Of a DNA stretch of 64,000 nt, positions 43,091 to 52,488 are shown one piece after another (the first letter of the stretch is position 1; every line of letters begins with the position of its first letter). The stretch comes from an uncultured Solirubrobacterales bacterium (lineage in GTDB: Bacteria; Actinomycetota; Thermoleophilia; Solirubrobacterales; 70-9), in contig CAWIJE010000004.1 in the NCBI GenBank assembly GCA_963836415.1, positions 227,545 through 291,544 of the forward strand. Reading direction: 5' to 3'. The notes beneath the pieces are model-generated. The model saw nothing but the letters and a program-made list of their open reading frames with translations. It had not been told where the DNA came from and made no database searches. The translations under genes and the position numbers were made by a program.

Positions 43091-43696
43091 ATGGCCGACA
43101 CCACCTGCCATATGTCGATCTCCCTCGACGGCTTCGTCGCCGGGCCGGATCAAAGCCGCGACGACCCGCTCGGCAAGCGCGGCCGCGAGCTTCACGGCTG
43201 GCACCTCGGCGACGAGCGCGCGAACGAGGCGGACGCCACCGCCGAGGGCCGCCTGCTGCGCCCCCGCGGCGCCTACGTCATGGGCCGCAACATGTTCGGC
43301 CCGATCCGCGGCGAGTGGGACGAGGAGTGGTCGGGCTGGTGGGGGCCCGAGCCGCCCTACCACGCGCCCGTGTTCGTCCTGACCCACCACCCCCACGCGC
43401 CGATCGAGATGGAGGGCGGAACCACGTTCCACTTCGTCACCGATGGCTTCGACGCCGCCTACGCCCAGGCCCTCGAGACCGCCGGCACGGACGGCATCGA
43501 CATCGCGGGCGGCGCCTCGACCGTCCGCCAGGCGCTGCTGGCCGGCGTCATCGACGAGCTCTGGCTCGACATCGCCCCCGTTCTACTCGGCTCCGGCGAG
43601 CGGATCTTCAACGGCGTCGCCGAGTTCGACCTCGAGCCCGACGAGGTCCTCCATTCGCCGCTGGCGACGCACATTCGTTACCGCCGAACCTACTGA
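43091..43696 (+). CDS. dihydrofolate reductase-like (RibD C-terminal domain) family protein
   Basis: MADTTCHMSISLDGFVAGPD...YVMGRNMFGP...ELWLDIAPVLLGSGERIF. This is a paralogue of the gene at 41099. Confidence 0.75.
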   Translation: MADTTCHMSISLDGFVAGPDQSRDDPLGKRGRELHGWHLGDERANEADATAEGRLLRPRGAYVMGRNMFGPIRGEWDEEWSGWWGPEPPYHAPVFVLTHHPHAPIEMEGGTTFHFVTDGFDAAYAQALETAGTDGIDIAGGASTVRQALLAGVIDELWLDIAPVLLGSGERIFNGVAEFDLEPDEVLHSPLATHIRYRRTY

Positions 43697-43735
43697 TCGA
43701 TTTTCGATAGATTCCTATCGACACTCGATAGGAGG

Positions 43736-44230
43736 ATGATGGGCAAGCTCACTGTGCAAACTCTGCGGGCCGTGCTCGCGGCGGTGCTGACCGGCTCCGT
43801 GCTGATCCAGGTGCTGATGGTGTGGACGCTGATCAGCGGCAACGACCCGGAGGACGGCTCGCTGCCGCTGACCGCGCTGCGCCTGATCACGATCGTGGGC
43901 ATCGTCACGATCCAGGTCGCCCTCGTCTGCGTCTGGCGACTGGTGACGATGGTGCGCCGCGGAACCGTGTTCTCCGACGCCGCCTTCCGCTACGTCGACA
44001 TCGTGATCGGCGCGATTGTGGCGGCCGCCCTCGTCTGGTTCTCGGTCACCGCGATCAACGCTCCCGACCAGCGCGATGACCCCGGCGTCACCTTGATCAT
44101 GGGCGGCATCGGCCTCGCCATCCTCGGCGTCGCCCTCATCGTCCTCGTGCTGCGGATGCTGCTCGCGCAGGCCGTCAGTCGCGAGGTCGAAGCGACGCGG
44201 CTGAAGGCCGAGCTGAACGAGGTGATCTGA
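43736..44230 (+). CDS. DUF2975 family membrane protein
   Basis: A 4-TM small protein. It is followed immediately (ATGA overlap) by an XRE HTH gene, the usual DUF2975/YozG pairing. Confidence 0.65.
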   Translation: MMGKLTVQTLRAVLAAVLTGSVLIQVLMVWTLISGNDPEDGSLPLTALRLITIVGIVTIQVALVCVWRLVTMVRRGTVFSDAAFRYVDIVIGAIVAAALVWFSVTAINAPDQRDDPGVTLIMGGIGLAILGVALIVLVLRMLLAQAVSREVEATRLKAELNEVI

Positions 44231-44505
44231 TGCCGATCGCAGTCGACATCGACGTCATGCTGGCCCGGCGCAAGATGTCCGTCGGCGAGCTCGCGGACCG
44301 CGTGGGGATCACGCCCGCGAACCTGGCGGTCCTCAAGAACGGCCGCGCCAAGGCGGTGCGCTTCGCAACCCTCGCCGCGCTCTGCGAGGCCCTCGAGTGC
44401 CAGCCGGGCGACCTGCTGCGCTGGGAAGCCGTGACGCGGCGCCCCACCGGGGCCGAGGTCCGGAGCAAAGAAAAAGGCCCCGTTGTCCAGGGCCTCTCTC
44501 AATAG
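44230..44505 (+). CDS. XRE-family helix-turn-helix transcriptional regulator
   Basis: IDVMLARRKMSVGELADRVGITPANLAVLKNGRAKAVRFATLAALCEALECQPGDLL. Confidence 0.75.
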   Translation: MPIAVDIDVMLARRKMSVGELADRVGITPANLAVLKNGRAKAVRFATLAALCEALECQPGDLLRWEAVTRRPTGAEVRSKEKGPVVQGLSQ

Positions 44506-44701
44506 CGGGGGCGACGACGGTGTCAAAAACACTCCGGATCGCAGCCATTCTGGTCGGAGCCGTAGTCGCGGTCTTCTGCGCCTGGATGCTGGTCTGGTTT
44601 TTGGGCCTGGCGCTTGACCTTTGGGATCCCGCCTGACCGATTGGTGCCAGCGCGGATTTTCGGTCAGTGGCCCACAACGCGAAAGACCCGCCGTGGCGGG
44701 C

Positions 44702-44775
<74 letters not shown>

Positions 44776-44840
44776 TCCACCCCGCGGCGTGCGCCCATGC
44801 TAGCAACGCGAGGCCTCTCGACAAATAGAGTGCCGCGTCC

Positions 44841-45779
44841 GTGCAAGCCAGCCCGACAAGAGTCGCGGTCGTCGACATCGGCACCAACTCGACCCGCCTG
44901 CTGGTCGCCGACGTCGCCGACGGGGCGGTCGCCGAGGTCGAGCGGCGCAGCACCGTCACCCGCCTCGGCCGCGGCGTCGACCTCAGCGGCCAGCTCGCGG
45001 CGGAGGCGATCGAGGACGCCTGTGAGGCGATCGCCGGCTACGTCTCCCTATATAAGGACGCCGGCGCCGGGCCGGTGCTCGCGATCGCGACCAGCGCCGT
45101 GCGCGACGCCGGCAACGGCGACGCCTTCGTCGCCGAGCTGCGCGAGCGCTTCGCCCTCTCGGCCCGCGTCCTCAGCGGCGAGCAGGAGGCGCGGCTCACC
45201 TACCTCGGCGCGACGATGGAGCAGCTGCCGAGCACAGCGACCCTGGTCGTCGACATCGGCGGCGGCTCGACCGAGCTGATCGTCGGCAGCCGCGCCGAGA
45301 TCGACTTCCACACCTCGCTGCAGACCGGGGTCGTGCGCCAGACCGAGCGCCACCTGGCCTCGGACCCGCCGACGACAGTAGAGCTCGAGGCGCTCGCCGC
45401 GGACGTCCGCGGCCCGATCGAGAAGGCCGCCGCCGAGCTGGGCGGCGCGATGCCGAGGGCGGCGATCGCGGTCGCCGGCACGCCGACCTCGCTGGCGGCG
45501 ATCGAGCTCGAGCTCGATCCCTACGACTCGACCCGGGTCCACGGGCACCTCCTCACCCTGGGCTCGATCCAGCAACTGCTCTCGAGACTCGCCTCCTCCA
45601 CCCTCGCCCAACGGCAGCAGATCGTCGGCCTGCACCCCGAGCGGGCGCCGACGATCGTCGCCGGGGTCGTGATCCTGGTCGAGACGATGCGGGCCTTCGG
45701 CCTCGACCGGGTGACCGCCTCCGAGCACGACATCCTCTACGGCGCTGCCATTTCGGCGGCCGCGGAGGCCACCGGGTAG
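44841..45779 (+). CDS. Ppx/GppA family exopolyphosphatase/guanosine pentaphosphate phosphohydrolase
   Basis: RVAVVDIGTNSTRLLVAD...LVVDIGGGSTELIVG is the ASKHA/Ppx-GppA motif. Confidence 0.85.
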   Translation: MQASPTRVAVVDIGTNSTRLLVADVADGAVAEVERRSTVTRLGRGVDLSGQLAAEAIEDACEAIAGYVSLYKDAGAGPVLAIATSAVRDAGNGDAFVAELRERFALSARVLSGEQEARLTYLGATMEQLPSTATLVVDIGGGSTELIVGSRAEIDFHTSLQTGVVRQTERHLASDPPTTVELEALAADVRGPIEKAAAELGGAMPRAAIAVAGTPTSLAAIELELDPYDSTRVHGHLLTLGSIQQLLSRLASSTLAQRQQIVGLHPERAPTIVAGVVILVETMRAFGLDRVTASEHDILYGAAISAAAEATG

Positions 45780-46107
45780 CGGGCCCCCGGCGCGGCGCTA
45801 CAGATCGTCACCAGACCCATTTGGACAACAGCCCTGCCCTGACAGGCCGGAGAGGCAAAAGATGAGGTCGAACCTTCAAAAGTCAGTAGAGGCTCTGTAC
45901 GATTTATAAGTAGGCGTGTTTCCGCCTGACTAGACGTATCGGATAGTCAGGCAGATAATCGCCGTACTGGGGAAAACGGCGGGACACAACCCCGTCGTCG
46001 AACCGGTAAAGGGTTCCAGGCGATTGCCGCATCATGGCGCCTCCCGCCGTCTGGGCCCACCACATAACTGGTCCCTTTAAGACGTACCCCTGCCCGTCCT
46101 GGGGGGC

Positions 46108-46140
46108 CAAATTTGAATCGGCCGCCTTCGGGCGGCCGAT
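46108..46140. terminator. GC-rich hairpin, probable bidirectional intrinsic terminator
   Basis: aatcggccgcc-ttcg-ggcggccgatt is a perfect 11-bp stem with a tetraloop, sitting right after the stop of the minus-strand TPP-enzyme gene. No strong U-tract follows. Confidence 0.4.
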
Positions 46141-46165
46141 TCATTTGCGAGACAGGCCGGCGCGG

Positions 46166-47782
46166 TCAGGCCAGGTTCGACTTGCGCGGGTAGACGACCT
46201 CAGGATCGGTGAGGACGTTGACCAGGGTCGGCCGCCCGGACTCGAAGGCTCGCTCCAGCGCCGGCCGCAGCTCCCCGGGCTCGCGGACCAGGATGCCGTC
46301 GCAGCCGAGTGCCTCCACCATCTGCTCGTAGCGGGTCTCGGGTCGCAGCTCGGCCGCCACCGAGTAGCCATAGAGGAACTTCATCGGATGGTGCTCGAGC
46401 GCCCAGATCCCGTTGTTGCCGATCACGCCGACGACGCCGAGGCCGTGGCGCGCCATCGTGTCGAACTCCATTCCGGCGAAGCCGAAGGCGCCATCGCCGA
46501 GCAGCAGGCAGACCTGCCGGTCGGGATTCGCGAGCTTGGCGCCGATCGCCTGGCCGGGGCCGGCCCCGAGACAGCCGAACGGGCCCGGGTCCATCCAGCA
46601 GCCAGGCTCATAGGTGTCGATGAAACGGCCTGCGTAGGAGACGAAGTCACCGCCGTCGCCGACGACGACGGCGTCGCGCTCGAGCACTTCGCCGAGGCCC
46701 CGATAGACCCGCACCGGGTGCAGCGGCGCCCGCGGGTCGTCGAGCTCGACGCGCTCGGCCTCGCGCTTCTCGACCTCGACCTCACGCAGCTGCTCGACCC
46801 AGCGCCGGGTCCCACCCGAGCCCTCACCCGCCAGCTCGCGAAGCGCGGCCAGGCCGGCGGCGACGTCGCCGACCAGGTCGACCTGTGGCGCGCGGTTGGC
46901 GCTGAGCGCGTTGGGGGCCGCGTCGAGCCTGATCAGCTTCGTCTCCTCGCCGAAGCTGGCGCCGAAGCCGAGGCGAAAGTCGAGCGGCACGCCGATCACG
47001 AGGGCGACGTCGGCGCCCTGCAACCCGGTGCCGCGGGCGCGGCTGAAGCAGAGCTCGTGATCCGCAGGCAGGCAGCCGCGGCCGAGGCCGTTGAGGAAAA
47101 CCGGGATGCCGAGCGCCTCGGCGAGGCGGCGCAGCTCTCCCTCGCCCCGACCCCAGTAGAGGCCGCTGCCGGCCATCACCACCGGTCGCTCGGCGGCGGC
47201 GAGCAGGGCCGCCGCCTCCTCGACGCCCTCGGCGGGCTCGGCGACGGGGGTGGCGGCGAGCGCCGGAACCTCAACCTCGGCCTCGCTGAAGACGACGTCG
47301 AGCGGATAGTCGACGAAGGTCGGGCCCGAAGGGGCCTGCAGCGCCAGGTCGAGCGCCGCGGCCGTGCCGGCGGCGATCCCCGCCGGGTCCTTGATCGTCA
47401 GCGCCGACTTGACCAGCGACTCGACCACGGGGATGTGGTCGAACTCCTGGAGCGAGCCGGACCCCCAGCGCATCTCCGGCGCGCGGCCGCCGAGAACGCA
47501 TACCGGTGAGCCGTTGGCCTGCGAGCCGGCGAGGGCGCTGACGCCATTGGTGACGCCCGGCCCCGCGGTCAAAGCGGCGACGCCGACCCCGCGGGTCGCC
47601 TTGGCGAAGCCCTCGGCGGCGAAGGCGGCGCTCTGCTCGTGGCGGACGTCGACGATCTCGATCCCCTCGGCTTTACAGCCGTCGTAGATCGAGAACAGGT
47701 GCCCGCCCGAGAGCGTGAAGAGGTGGCTGACGCCCCGCGACTTCAGGACCTTCGCGACTATCCGCCCCCCGTGCTCGGCCAT
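46166..47782 (-). CDS. thiamine-pyrophosphate-dependent enzyme (acetolactate synthase large subunit-like)
   Basis: TPP N-terminal (GVSHLFTLSGGHL), central and C-terminal domains with GDG-x24-NN (LLGDGAFGFAGMEFDTMARHGLGVVGVIGNN). Confidence 0.85.
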   Translation of the reverse strand: MAEHGGRIVAKVLKSRGVSHLFTLSGGHLFSIYDGCKAEGIEIVDVRHEQSAAFAAEGFAKATRGVGVAALTAGPGVTNGVSALAGSQANGSPVCVLGGRAPEMRWGSGSLQEFDHIPVVESLVKSALTIKDPAGIAAGTAAALDLALQAPSGPTFVDYPLDVVFSEAEVEVPALAATPVAEPAEGVEEAAALLAAAERPVVMAGSGLYWGRGEGELRRLAEALGIPVFLNGLGRGCLPADHELCFSRARGTGLQGADVALVIGVPLDFRLGFGASFGEETKLIRLDAAPNALSANRAPQVDLVGDVAAGLAALRELAGEGSGGTRRWVEQLREVEVEKREAERVELDDPRAPLHPVRVYRGLGEVLERDAVVVGDGGDFVSYAGRFIDTYEPGCWMDPGPFGCLGAGPGQAIGAKLANPDRQVCLLLGDGAFGFAGMEFDTMARHGLGVVGVIGNNGIWALEHHPMKFLYGYSVAAELRPETRYEQMVEALGCDGILVREPGELRPALERAFESGRPTLVNVLTDPEVVYPRKSNLA

Positions 47783-47823
47783 CGGCCGGAGCCTACGGGA
47801 ATTGCCGGGCTACCATCGGCCGT

Positions 47824-47909
47824 GCCCGGGTGGCGAAACTGGCAAAAGCGGCGCCCTTAAAAGGCGCTGCCCCCTCGGGGGCTTGCGGGTTCGAGTCCCG
47901 CCCCGGGCA
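47824..47909 (+). tRNA. tRNA-Leu (TAA), type II with long variable arm
   Basis: GCCCGGG-UG-...-GCGCC-CUUAAAA-GGCGC-UGCCCCCUCGGGGGCUU-GCGGG-UUCGAGU-CCCGC-CCCGGGC-A. Anticodon loop with U33 and A37, extended variable stem-loop. CCA is not encoded. Confidence 0.75.
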
Positions 47910-47989
47910 TTGCGCCACGAAATACGCGAAAGGGATCATAAATTCGCACTAAATAGTGACGTTCGAAGCGCAACTACTCCGCTGGTACG

Positions 47990-49522
47990 GTGTCTCATAA
48001 GTTGCACCAGCAACTACGCCTTCCCTGGAGAGATAGCTTGGAGGCTTCCGCACTAACCCACGCCAGTCAACGCGGACTGCTCGCCCGGCGGTCCCCCCTG
48101 CTCAAACTGCAGGGCGACGAACGCCTGATCGCGATGGTCCGCAGCGGCAACGCCGGCGCCTTCGAGACGATCGTCGATCGTTACCAGGGCCGGCTGCTCG
48201 GCTTCTGCCGGCAGATGCTCGGCTCGACCGAGGACGCCGAAGACGTCCTGCAGGAGGTCTTCGTCAACGCCTACCGCGCGATGCTCGCCGACGAGCGCGA
48301 GATCAACCTGCGGCCATGGCTCTACCGGATCGCCCGCAACCGCTGCCTCAACCACCTGCGCAAACCGACCGCGGACGCGCAGGAATCGATGGACATGGTG
48401 CCGATGGTCGAGGCCGCCTCGACCGCGGAGAAGGTCCACAACCGCGAGGAGTTCCGTCAGCTCCTCAGCGACGTCGGCAAGCTTCCCGAGACCCAGCGCT
48501 CGGCTCTGCTCCTGCGCGAGATGGACGCCATGTCCTACGAGGAAATCGCCCAGGCGATGGACACCAGCGTCCCCTCCGTCAAGTCGCTTCTGGTCCGTGC
48601 CCGGATCTCGCTGGCCGAGGCCAGCCAGGCGCGGCAGCTCACCTGTGGCGAGGTTCGGCTCGAGCTGGCCGAGGCCGCCGAGGGCCTGCGCAAGGTCTCG
48701 GCCCCGGTCCGGCGCCACGTCCGCGACTGCGACGAATGCTCTGACTTCCGCGCCCAGGTCCGCTCCAACGACAAGGTGCTCGCCGCCCTCTTCCCGGTCG
48801 GCCCCCTCCTCGCCTTCAAAGGCTTCCTCGCCGGCAAGCTCGGCCTCAGCGGCGCTTCCGGCGGAGCCGGAGCGAGCGCTGCCGGCGCCGGTGCCGGGAC
48901 CGCCGCGACCGGAGCCGTGGGCAGCGTAGGAGCCGCCCTCGGCGGCTCCGGAGCAGCCGGAGGACTGGGCGCCGTCGGCGGCGCGATCGGCACCAAGGCC
49001 GCGGTCGGAGCCGTTGCCGCGGCCGTCCTCACCGCCGGCGCGGTCGAGGTCAAACAACAGGTCGACCCGACCCCGGCAGGCCCGCCCGCATCGATTTCGC
49101 GCGTCGCCCCCAGGGTGACGGCACCGAAGATCGCGACCGCCCGCCCGGCCGAAGCTCAGGCCGAAGTCGCCGCCGTGATCCCGACCGCCACCGAGGCGCC
49201 CGTGGCAGCCGCGCCGCCGGCCGAATCCGCTCCGGTCGAGCCCGAACTGGCCCCCACCCCGGTCGCCGATGACGCCGGCTCCTCGACCGTCACGGTCGAA
49301 AGCGCCGACGTTCCGACCGGCTCCAAAGACACGCCGGCGCTGACCGACGCCACCGCGCAGACTCCGACCACCGCCGCCCCTCCGACCATCGTCGTCGTCG
49401 TCGGCGGTACCACCACCGAAGCGCCGCCGGCGCCGCCCGCCGAAGCGACTCCGCCGCCGCCGCCCGCCGAAATGCCGGTCGAAGCGCCGGCCGAAGGCAC
49501 CTCGGCGACTCCCGAAGGCTGA
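47990..49522 (+). CDS. ECF sigma factor fused to zf-HC2 anti-sigma domain with a long Gly/Ala- then Pro/Thr/Ala-rich C-terminal tail
   Basis: The GTG is at 47990. Sigma-70 region 2 (EDVLQEVFVNAYRAM...PWLYRIARNRCLNHLR) and region 4 (SYEEIAQAMDTSVPSVKSLLVRAR) are present. An HC2 zinc-finger follows directly (CGEVRLELAEAAEGL...VRRHVRDCDECSDFRA), then a hydrophobic stretch and 250 aa of low-complexity tail. Confidence 0.75.
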   Translation: MSHKLHQQLRLPWRDSLEASALTHASQRGLLARRSPLLKLQGDERLIAMVRSGNAGAFETIVDRYQGRLLGFCRQMLGSTEDAEDVLQEVFVNAYRAMLADEREINLRPWLYRIARNRCLNHLRKPTADAQESMDMVPMVEAASTAEKVHNREEFRQLLSDVGKLPETQRSALLLREMDAMSYEEIAQAMDTSVPSVKSLLVRARISLAEASQARQLTCGEVRLELAEAAEGLRKVSAPVRRHVRDCDECSDFRAQVRSNDKVLAALFPVGPLLAFKGFLAGKLGLSGASGGAGASAAGAGAGTAATGAVGSVGAALGGSGAAGGLGAVGGAIGTKAAVGAVAAAVLTAGAVEVKQQVDPTPAGPPASISRVAPRVTAPKIATARPAEAQAEVAAVIPTATEAPVAAAPPAESAPVEPELAPTPVADDAGSSTVTVESADVPTGSKDTPALTDATAQTPTTAAPPTIVVVVGGTTTEAPPAPPAEATPPPPPAEMPVEAPAEGTSATPEG

Positions 49523-49538
49523 GTAGTCCCGGTCTCCC

Positions 49539-50468
49539 TCAGGAGAGGCCGATTACTTTGAGGCGGCGCATCAGGCTGGTGCCGGCGAACGCCCGGGTGT
49601 CGGCGAGCGTGTAGCCGAACAGCTCCCATTCGTCTTCATCCTGCGGCGCCCACGGTGGGGTCAGGACCCCGTCGGCGACGGGCAGGACTTCCTCCAGCGT
49701 GCGCTGGATCGCCTGCTTGTAGCGATCGTCCTCGGCGGCCTTCTCACGCAGGAAGACCGAGCCGAAGGCGACGTGGCGGTGCTCGTCGCGGGCGACGTTC
49801 TGGAAGCCCTCGACGAAGCCCGGCAGGGTCCCTTCCTTTTCGTTGAAGTCCATGATGAAGTGCTGCCCGGTGAGGGCCAGCATTCCCTCGATCACCATGT
49901 GGTAGATCGTCACCGCCTCGACCAGCGCCTCGCCGTCGTCGGGGGCGACCGAGAGCCGGTCGGTGCGCTGCTTGAGCATCTCGTCGAAGAGGCGGCCGAA
50001 GTTCTCATTGAGGTGCTCGGAGGTCTGCTCGAGCATCTGTGAGAGCTCCGCCGACTCGAGCACCCCGACCTCGCGGTAGAAGCGCTCGAAGAAGCGCACG
50101 TGGCGGGCCTCGTCGGCGATCTGCGTGCAGAGGAAGATTTTCTGGTCCTCGGTCGGGGCGGCCCGCATGATCGGCCCCAGCTCCTCCGCGACCTTCTGCT
50201 CGCCGATGAAGAACGAGGAGAGCCCGTACATGCGCTGGAAGCGCTCCTCCTCGGGGATCCGCTCGTGCCAATCGACCCGGTCCTGGCTGAAGTCGAGCTC
50301 CTGGGTCTGCCACTGCTGGCGCTCCCAGAGCAGATAGAGCTCCTCGTAGGTGAGGAGCTTCACCTCCGAGGTGCGATCGGCGTCCTTGTTGAGCGCCGGG
50401 TCGGCGGTCGCCTGGTAGTCCTCGCGCTCAGTCCTCGACTGCGTTCCGGTCGCCTCTTTGGCCTCCAT
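49539..50468 (-). CDS. ferritin-like di-metal carboxylate protein (R2-like ligand-binding oxidase / RNR beta-like)
   Basis: Two E-x2-H motifs, IADEARHVRFFERFY and NVARDEHRHVAFG, at the spacing expected for R2lox or class I RNR small subunits. Confidence 0.7.
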   Translation of the reverse strand: MEAKEATGTQSRTEREDYQATADPALNKDADRTSEVKLLTYEELYLLWERQQWQTQELDFSQDRVDWHERIPEEERFQRMYGLSSFFIGEQKVAEELGPIMRAAPTEDQKIFLCTQIADEARHVRFFERFYREVGVLESAELSQMLEQTSEHLNENFGRLFDEMLKQRTDRLSVAPDDGEALVEAVTIYHMVIEGMLALTGQHFIMDFNEKEGTLPGFVEGFQNVARDEHRHVAFGSVFLREKAAEDDRYKQAIQRTLEEVLPVADGVLTPPWAPQDEDEWELFGYTLADTRAFAGTSLMRRLKVIGLS

Positions 50469-50529
50469 CGCATGCCCTCCTGGCTAGGAATCCCTGAGTG
50501 CGGGCGAGCCTAACACGGCATTTGGCCAG

Positions 50530-51246
50530 TCAGCCAGTTTCGTGGCTCTGTCCCGGCGCGAGGACGACGACCCGCGAGGAGGTCTTCGACTCGACCTCGG
50601 CCTTGAAGGCCTCGGCGTCGGTCTCGATCGGGGGGAAGGTGTCGTAGTGCATCGGGATCACGGTCCCGGCGCCGACGAACTCGGCCGCGACCACGGCGTC
50701 GTGGCGATCCATCGTGTAGTGGCCGCCGATCGGCAGCAGCGCGACGTCGACCGGGTTGCGCTCGGCGATCAGCTTCATGTCGGAGAAGAGGCAGGTGTCG
50801 CCGGCGTGGTAGACGGTGACGCCGCCGATGTTGATCACGAGGCCGGCCGGAGGGCCGAGGACGATCCCGTGCTCGGCGCTGAACGGCGCCTCTTCGGAGC
50901 CGGGCAGGGTGTTGGTGTGCCAGGCCGGGACGATCTTGACCCAGCCCCAGTCGAACTCGACGGTGCCACCGAAGTTGGGGTCGCTGACCGCGTCGACGCC
51001 CTGGCCTTTGAGCCATTCGGCGAGCTCGACGATGCCGATGCAGTGGGCGCCGGTGCGCTTCGCCACCGGCACCGCGTCGGCCATGTGGTCGGCGTGGCCG
51101 TGGGAGATGGCTATGTGGGTCGGCTCGACTTCATCGCCGGTGTGAACGGCGATCGGGTTGTTCGGCTTCAGGAACGGGTCGACGAGCAGCGTCGCCTTCC
51201 CATCGCTGAGCTCGAAGCACGACTGGCCGTGGAACTTGATCTCCAT
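50530..51246 (-). CDS. metal-dependent hydrolase, MBL fold (UPF0173 family)
   Basis: MEIKFHGQSCFEL...LLVDPFL...IAISHGHADH. Confidence 0.8.
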   Translation of the reverse strand: MEIKFHGQSCFELSDGKATLLVDPFLKPNNPIAVHTGDEVEPTHIAISHGHADHMADAVPVAKRTGAHCIGIVELAEWLKGQGVDAVSDPNFGGTVEFDWGWVKIVPAWHTNTLPGSEEAPFSAEHGIVLGPPAGLVINIGGVTVYHAGDTCLFSDMKLIAERNPVDVALLPIGGHYTMDRHDAVVAAEFVGAGTVIPMHYDTFPPIETDAEAFKAEVESKTSSRVVVLAPGQSHETG

Positions 51247-51250
51247 CGCT

Positions 51251-51577
51251 TCAATCCTCTCCTTGGTCCTCTTGATCGTTGAGCTCGTCATTCAAAGCCC
51301 AGCCGACGGCGACGCCGACCATCATCGACATCCTCGCCTCCTCGGCGAGCAGCGACTGGACCGCGGCGATCCGCTCGTCCGCGTCGGGCACGGTCGCCGC
51401 CTTGAGCGCCTCCGAGCGGTGCGACTCGCCGAACCAGCCGCCCTCGGCCAGGGCCGTGGCGAGGACCCGCTGCAGCTGAGGGGCGGCCCGCGAGACGATC
51501 CGCTCCGCCGCGGCGAAGCGCTCCGAGTCGGTGAGTCGCTCGACCGCCGCCTCGAGTCGCTCGTCGCTGGGGTCCAT
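51251..51577 (-). CDS. hypothetical protein
   Basis: A 108-aa ORF with balanced composition, tightly spaced ahead of the MBL gene. Confidence 0.4.
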   Translation of the reverse strand: MDPSDERLEAAVERLTDSERFAAAERIVSRAAPQLQRVLATALAEGGWFGESHRSEALKAATVPDADERIAAVQSLLAEEARMSMMVGVAVGWALNDELNDQEDQGED

Positions 51578-51629
51578 TCGAAGACCCTAGCCGTCCCCTC
51601 TTCCCGAGTCCGAGTAAGCCGGCGCTTTA

Positions 51630-52397
51630 TTACTCGGAACGGAGGGTGGCGGCGACGAGGCCGGCGAGACCGCCGATGGCGCCGCCGGCGATGCCGGCGA
51701 AGACGTTCGCGGTCGAGTCGAAGATCGGCAGCGCGAGGAGCACGGCGGCGGCCACCGCGACGCCGATCTTGTCGTAGTCCTGGTCGATCGCCGAGTGGGT
51801 TTCGGCGCGGCGGATCGTGAACCAGGCGGCGACCGCGCCCAGCGCCAGCCCGTTGCCGCCGGCGATCAGGTGGAAGCCGTCCTGGCCGCCGGCGATGCCG
51901 TTCGCCGCCAGCATGCCGAGCGAGCCGCAGGCGATGAAGAGGATCGCGGTCGCCGTCGTGCCGAGGCGGCGCTCGAGGCCGACGCCGAAGATCGCCATCG
52001 CGATCGCGACGACGAAGAGGTAGCCGACGTCGACGTAGGCGTAGGGCGCGCTCAGCACCCGCCAGAGCTGATCGGCGAGCGGGACTTCGATTCCCCCGAC
52101 TTCTGCCAGGGAGGCGCCCGTCGCCTTCTGTACGAGCAGCACCAGGGCCGAGCCGCCGACGACGGCCAGCGTCGCGTAGGGGCGCTCGGCGCCGGTGGTC
52201 GCCGCCAGCTTGCGCAGGCGGCCGCCGAGCCTGCCCCCGGGCCGGCGCCGGGGCGTCGCCTCGAGGCCGTCGCCGCGCCGCTCCAGCTTCGGCGCCCGCT
52301 TGCGCAGCCTGGCGCCGCAGTAGGGGCACTCCGTCACGTAGGGACTGACCTCGGAACCGCAGTTCTTGCAGATGACGCTGAGCTCAGTCTCGCTCAT
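51630..52397 (-). CDS. rhomboid family intramembrane serine protease with N-terminal zinc-ribbon
   Basis: MSETELSVICKNCGSEVSPYVTECPYCGARL is a CxxC...CxxC ribbon. Six TM helices follow, with the rhomboid GxSG-like region (ACGSLGMLAA) and a downstream His. Confidence 0.7.
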   Translation of the reverse strand: MSETELSVICKNCGSEVSPYVTECPYCGARLRKRAPKLERRGDGLEATPRRRPGGRLGGRLRKLAATTGAERPYATLAVVGGSALVLLVQKATGASLAEVGGIEVPLADQLWRVLSAPYAYVDVGYLFVVAIAMAIFGVGLERRLGTTATAILFIACGSLGMLAANGIAGGQDGFHLIAGGNGLALGAVAAWFTIRRAETHSAIDQDYDKIGVAVAAAVLLALPIFDSTANVFAGIAGGAIGGLAGLVAATLRSE

Positions 52398-52488
52398 GGT
52401 CAAACGAGGATAACCGCAGGCCCCGGCCCGCTGATCGCCGCGCCCCGGTGGCATACTCCCCGGACCCAAGATTCCGAGGAGGAAACGC

